Counted from the stretch's first letter, positions 38,212 to 49,600 are shown. The stretch is 64,000 bases of DNA from an uncultured virus (IMG/VR IMGVR_UViG_3300037466_002099) (IMGVR_UViG_3300037466_002099), one strand, 5' to 3'. The notes: generated by a model not told the origin, from the letters alone. Numbers and translations are program-made.

Positions 38212-38499
38212 ATGACCATCAAAACCTACTCCACCAGCTCCGAGCTCCACCCAGACCTCGCGCGTAAGCTGGCCGCCTCCTTGCCGGCCGAACCCATGCA
38301 GCGCGTCGCCGAGAAGCGCCAAGGGAAGCGCCAGGATGTGCTGTTGACCGACGAACAGGTGCTCGAGTGCCGGCGCCGGTACGAGTACGAGGGCTGGTCA
38401 ATCGAGCGGCTGATGGAAGAGTACGGCACCACGCGGCGATACATGCGGGAGCCCGTGGAGTATCTGGTGCGCTCCAAGCTGATACCGAAGAGGGCGTAA
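38212..38499 (+). CDS. HTH protein
   Basis: LTDEQVLECRRRY..EGWSI..L.EEYG.TRRYMR. Confidence 0.6.
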   Translation: MTIKTYSTSSELHPDLARKLAASLPAEPMQRVAEKRQGKRQDVLLTDEQVLECRRRYEYEGWSIERLMEEYGTTRRYMREPVEYLVRSKLIPKRA

Positions 38500-38661
38500 G
38501 TGTCGCGACGTAAGAAGATGACCGACGAGCAGATTGCCGAGGCTCGGCGGCGTTGGCGGGAAGAGCGCGGCTGGACGATACCCGCGCTCGCCGCCGAATA
38601 TGGTGTCAGCTACGATTACATGCGCAGGCTCATCAAGAACGAGGTTCGACCGCTCCGCTGA
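38500..38661 (+). CDS. HTH protein, paralog of the upstream gene (not in the ORF track)
   Basis: MTDEQIAEARRRWREERGWTIPALAAEYGVSYDYMR. Confidence 0.6.
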   Translation: MSRRKKMTDEQIAEARRRWREERGWTIPALAAEYGVSYDYMRRLIKNEVRPLR

Positions 38662-38715
38662 TACTCAGTCTCAGGGTCGTGAGACTAAAATCAAGACTCC
38701 TGAGACTGAGTATCA
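38659..38715 (+). promoter_or_regulatory. Late promoter TCGTGA-gac-TAAAAT inside a perfect 17-bp inverted repeat
   Basis: TGATACTCAGTCTCAGG (38659-38675) and CCTGAGACTGAGTATCA (38699-38715). Confidence 0.7.
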
Positions 38716-38720
38716 AGCCA

Positions 38721-39374
38721 ATGCCACGCGAAAAAGAGGACCGAAAGGCGGAGATCGTCGCCGCCATCCACGAGCACCTGAAAATCGAGGGGCCGCAAAA
38801 CTGGGACAAGCTGCTAAAAGCCTACCCCAGCGTGTCGCGGCCAACCCTGTTTCGCTACATCAAGGAAGTCCGCGAAAGCATCGAAAAGTCGGCCGCCGAG
38901 TATGGCTCCGGCCATCTTCGGCTGGCGCAGCAGCAGATCACACAACGGGTCGAGACGCCGGAGCAGACGCAAAAAAAGATCAAGGCGCATCTGCCGACGG
39001 CGCCGAGCCCGGCGGTCGTCGCGGCCGCGCCGGCGGACTGCATCTCGTCGTTCAACTTCTTCGCGTTCTTCAACAAGATCATCTCCGACCTCGAGCTGGC
39101 GCGCGGCTCGACCGTCAAGAAGAACGAGGACGGCACCGAGCGCGTGCTGAATCCGGCCATGCTCGACCGGAACCTCGGCCGCCGGCTGCAGGCGCTCGAG
39201 ACCTACCTGCATTCGATCGAGACCGTCTACAACCTCGAGCGTATCCGCGAGCTGTACGAGCTGATCATCGATGAGGTCGGCAAGGCGGATCCGGACATTC
39301 AGCGCGCCGTGCTGGTGCGCCTGCGCGAGCTGGACAACAAGCGAGGCATCACCATGTCGGCGCGGATTGCCTGA
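38721..39374 (+). CDS. Putative terminase small subunit
   Basis: N-terminal HTH (VSRPTLFRYI); coupled to the large subunit; function inferred from position. Confidence 0.6.
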   Translation: MPREKEDRKAEIVAAIHEHLKIEGPQNWDKLLKAYPSVSRPTLFRYIKEVRESIEKSAAEYGSGHLRLAQQQITQRVETPEQTQKKIKAHLPTAPSPAVVAAAPADCISSFNFFAFFNKIISDLELARGSTVKKNEDGTERVLNPAMLDRNLGRRLQALETYLHSIETVYNLERIRELYELIIDEVGKADPDIQRAVLVRLRELDNKRGITMSARIA

Positions 39375-41431
39375 TGGCGTTCGGACGCAAGGCAAAGCAG
39401 CCGGACCCGTTCGGCACGCTGGGCGAGCTGATTGCCGGACTCGAGCAGAAAACCGGCTTCAAGCTAGACGAGAAGGCGACCGTCATTCCCGACGATATGT
39501 CGTTTCGCGAATGGTGCGTTGACCTGGGCCGCAAGGGGCTCAAGGTCGACGGCAAGCCGTTCAAGTTGGATGACCGGCCGGCGATGGCGTGGATTTACGA
39601 CCAGATACCGACGACGGCCGACGAGGCGTTCCGCTACATCCTCGTGATCATGAAGTGCGCGCAGGTCGGCTTTACCGTCATGGAGATCCTGGCGGCGATC
39701 TACCTGGGCATCAAGTTCGGTCCGTGCACCGTCGGCATGTTCCTGCCCGACATGAACCTCGCCGGCATCAAGTCCACCGAGCGCTTCATGCCGATCGTGC
39801 GCAGCATACCCGACGTGCATGCGCTGATGACGCAGGATGCCGCCGATGGCACCGGGCGTAAGGCTGGCGAGGGAAACGTCACCAAGCGGCGCCTCGACAA
39901 TGCGCTGTACGTGTTCTCGTGGACCTCTGGTCGGGCGACGACGGAATCGATTCCGATGGACGTGCTCAACTTCGACGAGGTGCAGGAGATGACCCTGGAC
40001 CAGATCGAAAAGACCTATGAGCGTCTGTCGGCGTCGGCCATCCGCTTCATGCTGATGGGCTCCACGGCCAATTGGCCGGAAGCGGACATCCATCACTGGT
40101 ACCTGCTGGGCGACAAGCACCAGTTTCATACCGAGTGCCCGACCTGCGGCACCAAGAAGCCGCTCGACGAGTATTTCCCCGAGTGCATCAAATACGACAC
40201 CGAGCTCGACCGCTACCGCTATGTCTGTCCCAACGGGCATTGGATCGATGATTCCCAGCAGGGCGAGTGGATACCATCGAACCCGGCGGCGTGCGGGCCG
40301 GTCGAGTACCACGTCGAAAAGAAATTCCGCAAGCTGCGCATCCGGTCGATTCACTTCCCGCAGTTCCTCTCGCCGACGATCGCGCCGGATGAAATCCTGA
40401 CCGCCTACAACTCGGCGACGGACATGAAGAACTTCTTCAACCGTAAGCTGGGCAAGCCGTACCTCGACCCGTCACAAATCCCGGTCACGCTCGAGCACTT
40501 GGCGGCGTGCGTGGCGGCCGGCAAGGCGGCCGGCGTGCAGTGGAAGTCCCGCGCCCGCGAAACCTTCATGGGCATCGACCAGATGGGTAATTTCAACGTG
40601 CACGTCATCAAGGAGCGGCTGCTGGATGGCCGGCAGGCGGTCATTCACGTCGAGGAGACCTATTCCGACGACCCGTTCGCGCGCTCGTCCGAGCTCATGG
40701 ACCTGTACGGCGTGCAGTGCTGCGTTGTCGAGATCAACCCCAACTACAACGACGCGAAGAAATTCGCGAACCGCCATCCTGGCCGGGTTTTCATCTGCGA
40801 CAGCTTCGGCAAGATCGCCGAGGGCATGATCCACTGGGGCGACGCGCCCAGGCTCGACGTATCGGAGCGGCGCACCAGCGAGGAGGCGCGCGACCGCTAT
40901 ACGTTGAAGATGGACCAGTACAAGTGCATGCAGGTCTCGATGGCGCGGCTGACGGGCACAACCTGCCTGTTCCCCGACCCGCAAGGGCTGGTGCAGACGG
41001 TGAAGGAAAAGGGCGTCGAAAAGGTCGTGCCGGTGCTGCCGCGAGCCTTCCATCACTTCACGAAAACCGCCCTGGTGGCGGAAAAGGACGAGGAAACCAA
41101 CCAGTATAAGCGCGTGGTGAAAAAGGTCGGCATCGATCCGCACTTTTCCTACGCCAACATGCTATGCGACGTGGCTTGGTCACGCGCACACGGCACCTCG
41201 ACATTCATCCTGCCCCAAGCGCCCGGAAAGGCCGAAGCCGTGGACAAAGCCGAGAAACTGAACATGCACGGGCTGCCGACGAACGTCGCGGCGATGATTC
41301 AAGAGCTGCCGGAGGGCGAGGTCTGCGGGCGGTGCAGCGCGTTCAATGCCGAGACCGGCATGTGCGAGGAGCGGTCGCTTGTGGTCAAGGCGGTAGACCC
41401 GGGGTGCATGTTGTTCGTGGCGAAGTCGTAG
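39374..41431 (+). CDS. Terminase large subunit (GpA-like)
   Basis: MKCAQVGFT Walker A variant, FDE Walker B, CPTC, GIDQMG nuclease motif and DPH. Confidence 0.85.
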   Translation: MAFGRKAKQPDPFGTLGELIAGLEQKTGFKLDEKATVIPDDMSFREWCVDLGRKGLKVDGKPFKLDDRPAMAWIYDQIPTTADEAFRYILVIMKCAQVGFTVMEILAAIYLGIKFGPCTVGMFLPDMNLAGIKSTERFMPIVRSIPDVHALMTQDAADGTGRKAGEGNVTKRRLDNALYVFSWTSGRATTESIPMDVLNFDEVQEMTLDQIEKTYERLSASAIRFMLMGSTANWPEADIHHWYLLGDKHQFHTECPTCGTKKPLDEYFPECIKYDTELDRYRYVCPNGHWIDDSQQGEWIPSNPAACGPVEYHVEKKFRKLRIRSIHFPQFLSPTIAPDEILTAYNSATDMKNFFNRKLGKPYLDPSQIPVTLEHLAACVAAGKAAGVQWKSRARETFMGIDQMGNFNVHVIKERLLDGRQAVIHVEETYSDDPFARSSELMDLYGVQCCVVEINPNYNDAKKFANRHPGRVFICDSFGKIAEGMIHWGDAPRLDVSERRTSEEARDRYTLKMDQYKCMQVSMARLTGTTCLFPDPQGLVQTVKEKGVEKVVPVLPRAFHHFTKTALVAEKDEETNQYKRVVKKVGIDPHFSYANMLCDVAWSRAHGTSTFILPQAPGKAEAVDKAEKLNMHGLPTNVAAMIQELPEGEVCGRCSAFNAETGMCEERSLVVKAVDPGCMLFVAKS

Positions 41432-41497
41432 CGCCCGATGAGCGCCCGAGCGCTTCAGCGTCAAGCTCAAACCCGCGCCAGCTCTCGCTCGTGCGGC

Positions 41498-43301
41498 TCA
41501 ATCCACCTGATTGTTACTCTGGCGGTTTAAAAGAAGGGACGCCGTAATAGTCTTGACCGGACTCCTGGGCTGAACCGTCATATCAGCGTGCGGCATTCCG
41601 AAGGCATCGAAGATGACGCGCAATACGTTGACACGTACAACAGGAGAATTCGGCTCCCCTACGAACTTATCAAGACGCGCCTGAAGCAACCGCTTGATGG
41701 CGATCTTCTGGCGCCGGCGCGGCATGCGCAAGATGCGGGAGGGGATGCCAGTGTTGATCACGTCGCACCTCCCGCCTTATCCATCGCCTTCCTTGCAATG
41801 GCCGACCTTACCTGCTGCTCTGCGTACTTCGTGGCATCCAGTACAGCCTGAGCAACGATCGCCTCTTGTATGTTCGGCGGGTAATCACGCCAGCCGGGCG
41901 GCAGGGCGACATTGAAACGCGGAACCTGTATGTATTCGAATGGGTTAGCTTCGTCGCTCATGCCGCACCGCCTTCCTGACCTGCTGCACCCTGGTCAGTA
42001 GGTCTGTTGGCCTTCCGCTTTTCCTCGAACTCAGCAGCGAAGGCGTCAATTTCCTCCATCAGCTTGTTCATATCGAAATCGTAGGTGGTGTAAAAACCGC
42101 TTTCCGTGTTGCCATTCCAGTCGTTCTGGTCGATGTAGTTTTCGCGGTTCTCGCGCAGGCGGGCCTTCAAGCCGTCAATCAGTTCTTTCATGGCACTCAT
42201 GACTGCTGACCTCCCGCACCCTTGGCAGTAGGTGTGTCGTCGCGCTCGGCGCGTTCGCGTGCCTGCCGGTTAAGGTCGGCAACGGCTCGATGCGACAGCA
42301 GCACCATTACGTCGATGTTTCCGATCAGAATGAAGTCGTCATCGAACTCGTTGCAGCCAGCGTCTTGCAGCATGCGCCGTGCGGCTTGGGATAGTTTTGC
42401 CATCACGCACCGCCTTTCCGGTCGATCTCATCTTCAATGGCGTATAGCGGGGTCACATTGTCAGTGGCCGTGCCGCCATAGATCGCGCCGCGCTGCGTCT
42501 TGTATGCGGCCTGTTGCAACCTAACGAGCCTATAGCCATGCGGGATGCGTTCTGCGCTAGAAGCAGTTGCTGCGTGGGCGCGCACCAGCGGGATGGCGTT
42601 TTTCCAGGCTTGCTGCACGAAATCCTGCCGGTTCAAGCCTTCGTTCAGTTTCCTGACGGATATTGTTCTGCCGTCCTCGTGCATATAGGCCACGATTTCA
42701 CCGCGATCACCTGCGGCGGTGGCAGTGGTTTTATCATCGAAATACGCTTCCTTCAACTCGCGAATATGCTTATTGATTAGCATGGCATCTGCCGGCAGCG
42801 CATTCCGCGCTCTCGTGTCCCATGAGATCAGCAATGCGTAGAGGTTGATGCTGGATTGGGATAGTGTATCAGCAGCCTTTTCGAGCTCGGCGTTCTTGCG
42901 CTCGAGCTCTTCGATGCGGTTGGCGGCTTCGGCTCGCTCCCTGTTGGTTCGTGCGGCGAGCTGGCACCAGCTTTCCTCACTGGGCGCGCCACAGCGCAGG
43001 CGCTTGATCAGGTCGTCGCTCATGCCGCTCTCCCGACCTTGGTAGCGGCCTCAACCCGCTTCTTCACCAACTCATCCACCCGTTTCTCCATCTCCTGCTC
43101 GACGGCGTGCAAGCCTTGACAGACGAGCGTGTGTATAGTGCGGCAGCAGTTCTCGAGCGCCGTGTATTTCTGGAAACAGGCTTTCGCGTCTGCGTTGTCC
43201 GTACGCGCATAGTCGACGGCGCTCATGCTGGCGAGCCCTTCGTATTCTTTCGCCTTCGCCATGATTTCCTTGGCAAGCGTGTTCCCGGCGTCGGTTATCA
43301 T
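41498..43301 (-). CDS. Run of six small coupled hypothetical genes (41498-41761, 41758-41961, 41958-42200, 42197-42406, 42403-43023, 43020-43301)
   Basis: 4-nt start/stop overlaps throughout. Confidence 0.6.
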
Positions 43302-44110
43302 GCCGCGCTCCTCTTCGCCTTACGCGCCTTCTTCAGCGGATAGGGCTCCGTCGCCACGGACTTGATCACGGACAGGCGCTTGCCGGCCATGAAATGCTGG
43401 ATAGCGTTCTGCGCCTTGATGAACGTGTCGGCCCAAAGAGCATTGGTCATCAACGCTGGCTTCGTCAGAAAGTAGTTGCGCAGCGCGATCGCCGCGCTCT
43501 CCTTCTCGCCGTCGGCAAAGCCGGTCGTGAACACGTCGCAGAAGCGCTTCAGCCTGTCGGAATCGGTCTCGTAGTACATGGCGCGCGCCACGGCGGCGAG
43601 GATGGCGGCATTGCGCAGGCCGCGCCCCTTCGGGCCGTTGTGGATAGCCCAGGTGGCGACTTCGCGGTGCGCCGCGACCATCGCCAGCTTTTCGGCATTG
43701 GACAGCGGTCGGCCGCCGCGTGCACTTGCGGCGCCAGTCTCGATCGCCCTCGCAACGCTGATGAGTTCGTTCGACAGGCCGTTATCCTCGCCGCTGATGC
43801 GGGCATTGTCGACCAGCGAGCGGGTGAGGCCGGTATTGATGTTGAGGCCGTCTTCCCGGCGCAGGCCGCGCGCAATCGGAAAATGCTGCGTGGTGCCGGA
43901 TTCGATGACAGCGAATAGGCGATGCTGTCCGTCGGCCAAGTCTCCGTCAGCATAGAAGCTGATCGGCTCCGGGCAGTTGGTCCAGCGGCCATGCTTCATG
44001 TCGTCGGCATATCGTTCCGCGACGCCATCGCGGAGCTTGCGATTGTTCTTGTTCAGGTTCAGCCACGTCTCGGCTTTGGCCGGCGTCACAGTCTCCATGC
44101 GGATGTCCAT
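43298..44110 (-). CDS. ParB-like (DGQHR) domain protein
   Basis: TP..A..WL..N..NR, Y..DM..G.W and DGQHRL.A. Confidence 0.75.
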   Translation of the reverse strand: MDIRMETVTPAKAETWLNLNKNNRKLRDGVAERYADDMKHGRWTNCPEPISFYADGDLADGQHRLFAVIESGTTQHFPIARGLRREDGLNINTGLTRSLVDNARISGEDNGLSNELISVARAIETGAASARGGRPLSNAEKLAMVAAHREVATWAIHNGPKGRGLRNAAILAAVARAMYYETDSDRLKRFCDVFTTGFADGEKESAAIALRNYFLTKPALMTNALWADTFIKAQNAIQHFMAGKRLSVIKSVATEPYPLKKARKAKRSAA

Positions 44111-44227
44111 AAATCTCCCAAAATGAATTTAAGTTGCGAATTCTCATAATACATCATTTTTGAGTAATTGTGAGGGGTTGGGTCTACCTTGTCTCTACGT
44201 CGCCACAATCATTTACTTTAGTTTTGG

Positions 44228-44242
44228 TCGTGAGTTCACAAT
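44228..44242 (+). promoter_or_regulatory. Late promoter TCGTGA-gtt-CACAAT (leaderless gene)
   Basis: ATG begins after a 6-nt gap from the -10 box. Confidence 0.65.
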
Positions 44243-44248
44243 CGTCGT

Positions 44249-44635
44249 ATGAAATCGACAATTCTCCTCTTCATTAAGTCCCGCATCGGCCCGTACCTGC
44301 GCGGCGGCCGCATAGTCGCGGGCTACGACCGCGCCGGCGGCAAGCAGGCGAAACCCGGCGCCGGCCAGCTCGCGCTGTTCATCTCCAACGATGCGCCGGA
44401 GCCCGGCGGCCCGAACCCGTTCAAGGGAAAGGATCCGGTCGCGGCGACGCCCGACCTGTTCGGCGACGACTCGCTGCTCGAGGGCTTCCCGGCCGGCGCC
44501 AAGTTCTGCGCCAACGCCGACGGTCACTGGGCGGTCTGCCACGCCGACGGCGAGCTGATCGGCAATTACATGCGGACAAAGCGTGAAGCAGCGGGAAATG
44601 CGCGGCAATTCCTAGAAGCGGACAGTAAAGCATGA
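44249..44635 (+). CDS. Putative virion-internal protein
   Basis: ILLFIKS tag and QLALF shared with the DarB-like N-terminus. Confidence 0.6.
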   Translation: MKSTILLFIKSRIGPYLRGGRIVAGYDRAGGKQAKPGAGQLALFISNDAPEPGGPNPFKGKDPVAATPDLFGDDSLLEGFPAGAKFCANADGHWAVCHADGELIGNYMRTKREAAGNARQFLEADSKA

Positions 44636-44773
44636 GCCCGGCGGTCTGGTGGATGCTCTGGTACGGCTTTGTCGTCGAGGCTATTTGGTTGAAGCCGGTC
44701 GAGCGCAAGCAGGCGAAACGGGACGGCAACGAGCCGTAAGACCGCCTTGCGCGCCAGTCGGTAGGATGGGGCC

Positions 44774-44956
44774 ATGCAAGACGATCGACGCTTCAAGACC
44801 TGTGTCTTTGCTGCCGACGGCCGGTGCTCGCTCTCCGGATGGGAACCGCCGGACTGCGCAGCCTGCAAGCGGTACATCCGGGTCTGGACCGCACCGCGCC
44901 CGCCGGCAGCCTCGCCGGACGAGGTATTGATCCTCGAGGCGATCGCGGCAGAATAA
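44774..44956 (+). CDS. Small Cys-rich protein
   Basis: Four Cys including CAAC. Confidence 0.4.
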   Translation: MQDDRRFKTCVFAADGRCSLSGWEPPDCAACKRYIRVWTAPRPPAASPDEVLILEAIAAE

Positions 44957-45103
44957 GCAATCTCGGAGCCGCCGAATGATCTACCTGTTCGCCGCCGTCC
45001 TGGCGCTCGCCGTCTGCATTCTCATGTCGACGCCGGGCACCGCGAGAGAGGAGCGCGACGAAGCCGCACTACGGCATGATCTCGAGCACTAGCCGGTGCC
45101 CGG

Positions 45104-45337
45104 TCAGACAAGTCGAAGCGCTGCGCGAGGTCGTGGTCGGTCGAGGGTGTCCAGCGCCGATTGCAGGAAGTCGCGCACGAATTCATCGCCCTCGACGCGC
45201 CGCATGATCTGATACGCGGCGGTGATCATGCTCGAGAGGTAGACGGTCCGCTCGTCCCTGGACATGGCGGCAACGCTGTCGTCCGACAGGATTTCGAGCG
45301 CCTTCCGCATCAAACGCAACTCGTCTGCCGAGCACAT
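45104..45337 (-). CDS. Hypothetical protein
   Basis: Short helical ORF with GAGG RBS. Confidence 0.45.
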   Translation of the reverse strand: MCSADELRLMRKALEILSDDSVAAMSRDERTVYLSSMITAAYQIMRRVEGDEFVRDFLQSALDTLDRPRPRAALRLV

Positions 45338-45440
45338 CCGCGCCTCGCATGCTGACCGAACGGTGTGTTTTACGCACGCCCGCTGGTTATGTCAATGCGG
45401 GGCGGATTCCAGGGGTCGGTGTGGGCGCGGCCGCTGGCTG

Positions 45441-45455
45441 TCGTGACCGTAACCT
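45441..45455 (+). promoter_or_regulatory. Late promoter TCGTGA-ccg-TAACCT
   Basis: Motif copy upstream of the peptidase. Confidence 0.65.
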
Positions 45456-45485
45456 GAGTCTACCGATCAACCAACGGTAGACATC

Positions 45486-46220
45486 ATGAAACGACGTTAC
45501 ACATGGAAACCTGACCTCCCCGACCATCGCGATTTTCTCTTCGAGAGTTCGGCTCTGGCGCTGCCGCCGGCGGTCGACCTGCGCCCGCAGTGCCCGCCCG
45601 TGTTCGACCAGGGCCAGCTCGGCTCCTGCACCGGCAACGCGCTGGCCGGCGCGATGGGATTCCTGCATCGCAAGCTGTTGAACGACGAGACTGCCTTCTC
45701 GCGCCTGTTCATCTATTACAACGAGCGCGTCATCGAGGGCACGGTCCGCCAGGATGCCGGCGCCATGATCCGCGACGGCGTGAAGAGCCTCGCCAACTCC
45801 GGCGTATGCTCGGAGACGGACTGGCCGTATAACATCGCCAAGTTCAAGACCAAGCCGTCGAAGAAGTGCTTCACGGACGCGGCCGCGAACAAGATCGCGG
45901 TCTACACGCGCCTGTCGACGCTGGACGACATGCTGCAGTGCCTCGCCGCCGGGTTCCCGTTCGTCTTCGGTTTCACGGTCTACGATGCGTTCGAGAGCGA
46001 TGCTGTCGCGCGCACCGGCGTTCTGAACCTGCCGGCCAAGGGCGAGCAAGTGCTGGGCGGCCATGCCGTGATGGCGGTCGGCTATGACATGGCGGCGCAG
46101 CGGCTCATCGTGCGCAACTCGTGGGGCTCTGGCTGGGGTCAGGCCGGCTACTTCACCATGCCGTTCGCCTACGTGACGAACCGGAACCTGTCGGACGATT
46201 TCTGGACGTTGCGGAAGTAG
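45486..46220 (+). CDS. Papain-family (C1A, xylellain-like) cysteine peptidase
   Basis: DQGQLGSCTGNA (Gln, Cys), GGHAV (His) and VRNSWG..WG..GY (Asn). Confidence 0.92.
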   Translation: MKRRYTWKPDLPDHRDFLFESSALALPPAVDLRPQCPPVFDQGQLGSCTGNALAGAMGFLHRKLLNDETAFSRLFIYYNERVIEGTVRQDAGAMIRDGVKSLANSGVCSETDWPYNIAKFKTKPSKKCFTDAAANKIAVYTRLSTLDDMLQCLAAGFPFVFGFTVYDAFESDAVARTGVLNLPAKGEQVLGGHAVMAVGYDMAAQRLIVRNSWGSGWGQAGYFTMPFAYVTNRNLSDDFWTLRK

Positions 46221-46245
46221 CGCCCGACGGGTGCCCGAAGTGAAG

Positions 46246-46281
46246 AAGCCGCGCCGTGGATCGAGTCCCGGCGCGGCTTTT
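46246..46281 (+). terminator. Intrinsic terminator
   Basis: AAGCCGCGCCG...CGGCGCGGCTTTT. Confidence 0.7.
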
Positions 46282-46306
46282 CAATGGGTGGGCGCTAGAT
46301 GGGCTA

Positions 46307-46528
46307 TCAGGTTAAATGGCCTCTCGGGCTGACCCTGAAGAACTCGAAGTCTTTCACCGTAGCGGGCCTCAGCTTGTCAAGCGGGCTGGCAAAGAATGGC
46401 TCCTCCAGCGGCGAATTGGACCTTCCGCCCGACTGGGGCTTTCCGCCCAACACACCTAACATCGGATCACCCTCCATCTGGTAGCACAGCGTATTCTCGT
46501 TGCAGACAAAGTATTTCGTGGTCCTCAT
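46307..46528 (-). CDS. Hypothetical protein
   Basis: GGGAG RBS; downstream of the operator/-10 at 46554-46575. Confidence 0.55.
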   Translation of the reverse strand: MRTTKYFVCNENTLCYQMEGDPMLGVLGGKPQSGGRSNSPLEEPFFASPLDKLRPATVKDFEFFRVSPRGHLT

Positions 46529-46673
46529 GATCGCTCCCGTAACGTTTGATCTCATTTTACATCAAATTTGATCAACGCATCTTTGTGCGCCCAACCAGCG
46601 CCCGAAAAACAACAACCCGCGCTCAGATGCAATGCTGGCGCGGCTTGGCTGGCATCTCACACCAGATTGAGTG

Positions 46674-49600
46674 TCAGGGGGTTTTGATTTCCGCCGAACC
46701 CAGCGGCGGAACCGAGCGCCAATAGCGCGGCTTTGCGCTCACCTCGACGCGCATTTCCCTGCCGCTGGGCGTTGCATCGCCTAGGCAGTTGCGCAATGTC
46801 CAACGCTGAGTCACCCGGTCGAAATGTAAAACCTCGGGAACAGACTTTTCCTGTATCGGATTGACGGTTGCAGACCTCACCCATAGGAACCAGCTCAACT
46901 GCCTTGCATTCGGCGAATCGTCGTATTGTCCGTATTGTTCCCGTGGCACTTCGACATCCATGCATAGATACCAGCCTGACTCCGAAGGACGGCGCTTCGC
47001 CGTGCTGGTCCAGCCATCATTGCGGATCTGATCTTCGCGGTAGCCTTTCTGTTCAGCTTCGCTATGAGCGTGGGGCTTATCGAGGCCACAGATCGGACAG
47101 GCAAACGTCCCCTTCAGCTCGCTCTTGGCGGGCTGATTTTCCTTCAGCGCTTCGATTGCTTCAAAGGTGCGATCCGGGTCGGGGTCGCCGTCGTCTTCAA
47201 TACCGAGCATTTCATCGATCTTCGCGAGCACTGCCAAAGAAGCATTCAGCATGCTCTTGTAGCTTTCAATATCTTCCATTTGTTTCTCCAAATCACGCGC
47301 CCTATAAGCGCCCGAACCCGCCCTGCGAATATGCAGGACGGCGAATAATCAATAACTTACGATCCCGGAGCACCAGACTTAGGAGCTGGTGCTTTCTCCT
47401 GGCTGTTGGGTAGGCTAAAAATCACGGCGCAGCACCGACAGCATTGTTGGATTCCTGGCGCAATCTGGCGCAGGCTGTGCTGCTGTAAGATGCACAGGTA
47501 GTTCACGCCTCGCCCTCCTTGGCTGGCTGGGGAGCGGCGCTGAAGCTTTCCTGTATGGCTTCAATCAGCTCCAATAGCCGCGCCTCTGCTGCCTTCTGAT
47601 CCATGTGCCGGTACGGACGATCCTCGATAATCGCAACAGCTTCCGCAGGTGATAGTCCTCCGCGCTCGGCGAGTCGCTCCAAGGTCTGGTAGTGATTCTT
47701 CCGCGCCTGCTGTTCGTGGCCTGCGATTACTGACCAAGGAATGCAGGGGATATTGCTCTTGCAGCTTTTCAGGATCGGCATGTTTGTTCGATCGCTCATC
47801 CTTCCATCCATCCCTTCGGTGCGGAGGGAGCGGCGGCCCTTGCTGCGGCCAGAACGCGAATCCAGCATGTCAACGGAATACCGTGAAAGGATTGGTCGAT
47901 AGCGCCACGCTGTGCCGCTTCTTCCTCGCCGCGCGCCCAACGCATAAGTGCATACTGGATAACATAGTGGCGCTCAAGTTCTGTGGCCGGATAGCCGCAA
48001 GCTACAAGCTCGCGCAAACCAGCGGTGACATTAATAGGATCAACGTTGTAGCCGGGGATGCGTTTCGCGTTCAGGAGTACAGGGCGTGTATCAATCATGC
48101 TGCGCCTCGAAGGTTGGTGAAACCATGAGGAATGACTTGTAGACCAGTCTGCCGCTTTCCTCGCCAAGGCCGGCCGCCAGCAGCATCTTCTCTGTCGGCA
48201 CCATCGGCATCAGCTTCCAACCCTCCGGCACCTCCGTCGCAGTGCGAGCGAGGGAGCGGGCGAAGTCACGTATTTCATCGATGTGCCCTAGCGGAGCCAC
48301 GAACGAAACCTGCTTATCCCACAGCGAGTCGATCTCTTCATCGCTCATCGCCTGGGTAGCTGGCTCTTGTAGCGGTGGCGAGGGTGGGGCGGCTGCAAGC
48401 ATGGCCTCAATCGCATAATCGAGGCGGTCAGACCAGATGGAGCCATCTTTATAGGCGCGCTTGAACTCTTGCGCCATTTCTGCGGTTGCTTTGCGCGGCC
48501 ACGCTACCGGCACCGCCTGCCCTGCGGATGTCGATGCGGCGAGGGCGGCGCGGTTGTAAGCGGCTCTCGCTGCGGCAACGAGGCAATCTGGAATCTCGCT
48601 TCGACCCTCATCTTGTTCACGTTTCCAGGCGGCTATGGCGACCTCGTATAGCTGCTCATCGCTCGCCCCCGCCTCCTCTACCTGCTCACTGGGCGCGGGT
48701 GGGGTGGCATACCCCATATCCAATTCTTGGGCTTGATCGACAAGCGCCTGAAGCGCCACATCATGCTTTAAATTTATGATTCGCTGAGCCCGCTGTTGAA
48801 GGATGAAATTTATTTCCTCCTGTTCTTCGGGATCATCACAAGCGCAGAAGGCACCCGTGATGTCCGCTGCCTGCTTTAGTGCAGCCATAACAGCAGAGGC
48901 AGCTTGCCACGCCACCGGCTCCGCCTTCTCAGCCTCCGCGCTGGCGGAGAGGGCGGAGAGGCGCTCCCGCAAATCTAATATTTCTTCCGTTTTTTCGTCT
49001 ACTTGCCTGCGCAACCTACAAATAAGGTCATCATCGACATCTGCGCTCGCCTGCCACGCCATCCATGTTGGGTCTTGGAAGTATTTGCTTGCCACTTCAT
49101 CTACGGCCCACGCTGCCGCAGGCTCTCCGAATTCCTGCAAGTGCCAATCTTCAAAATTCTTGCGCATCTTCACTTTATCCATTGACTGCCTCCTTGGCTT
49201 GGCAAACAACTGTCGCAGGCTTCTTTGGCGACGTTTTCAGCACGAATTCCGCCGCTCTGTAGCATGCTTCCTCAGTCGGGTAATCGAAGCGCTGATAAGC
49301 CACGCAGATGCCCAGCCAATAGGCTTGGCAGATTACGAGGGTGAACATTATTTGCCCTCCTTCTGTTGTTCGGATCGAAGGGCGGCGGGAACTGGCTTCC
49401 ACGCTCCATCTTCGGGCGCACCAAAGCTCAGGCCCGGCGTATAAACCAATTCATCGGTATATCGCTTCGGCAATTGAGCGCCCGGCTTCCAGAACTTAAC
49501 GGGATGGCAGCATTCGCCAAACTCCCGCTTGCCGACCATGCGATACATCATCGGCGTGCCATCGTCATGCTTGCCGGATTCGTAGACTAGACTTTCACCC

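Noticed and set aside
43298..44110. Dnd phosphorothioation (DndB) system
   Set aside because: Solitary DGQHR/ParB-like gene with no dnd partners
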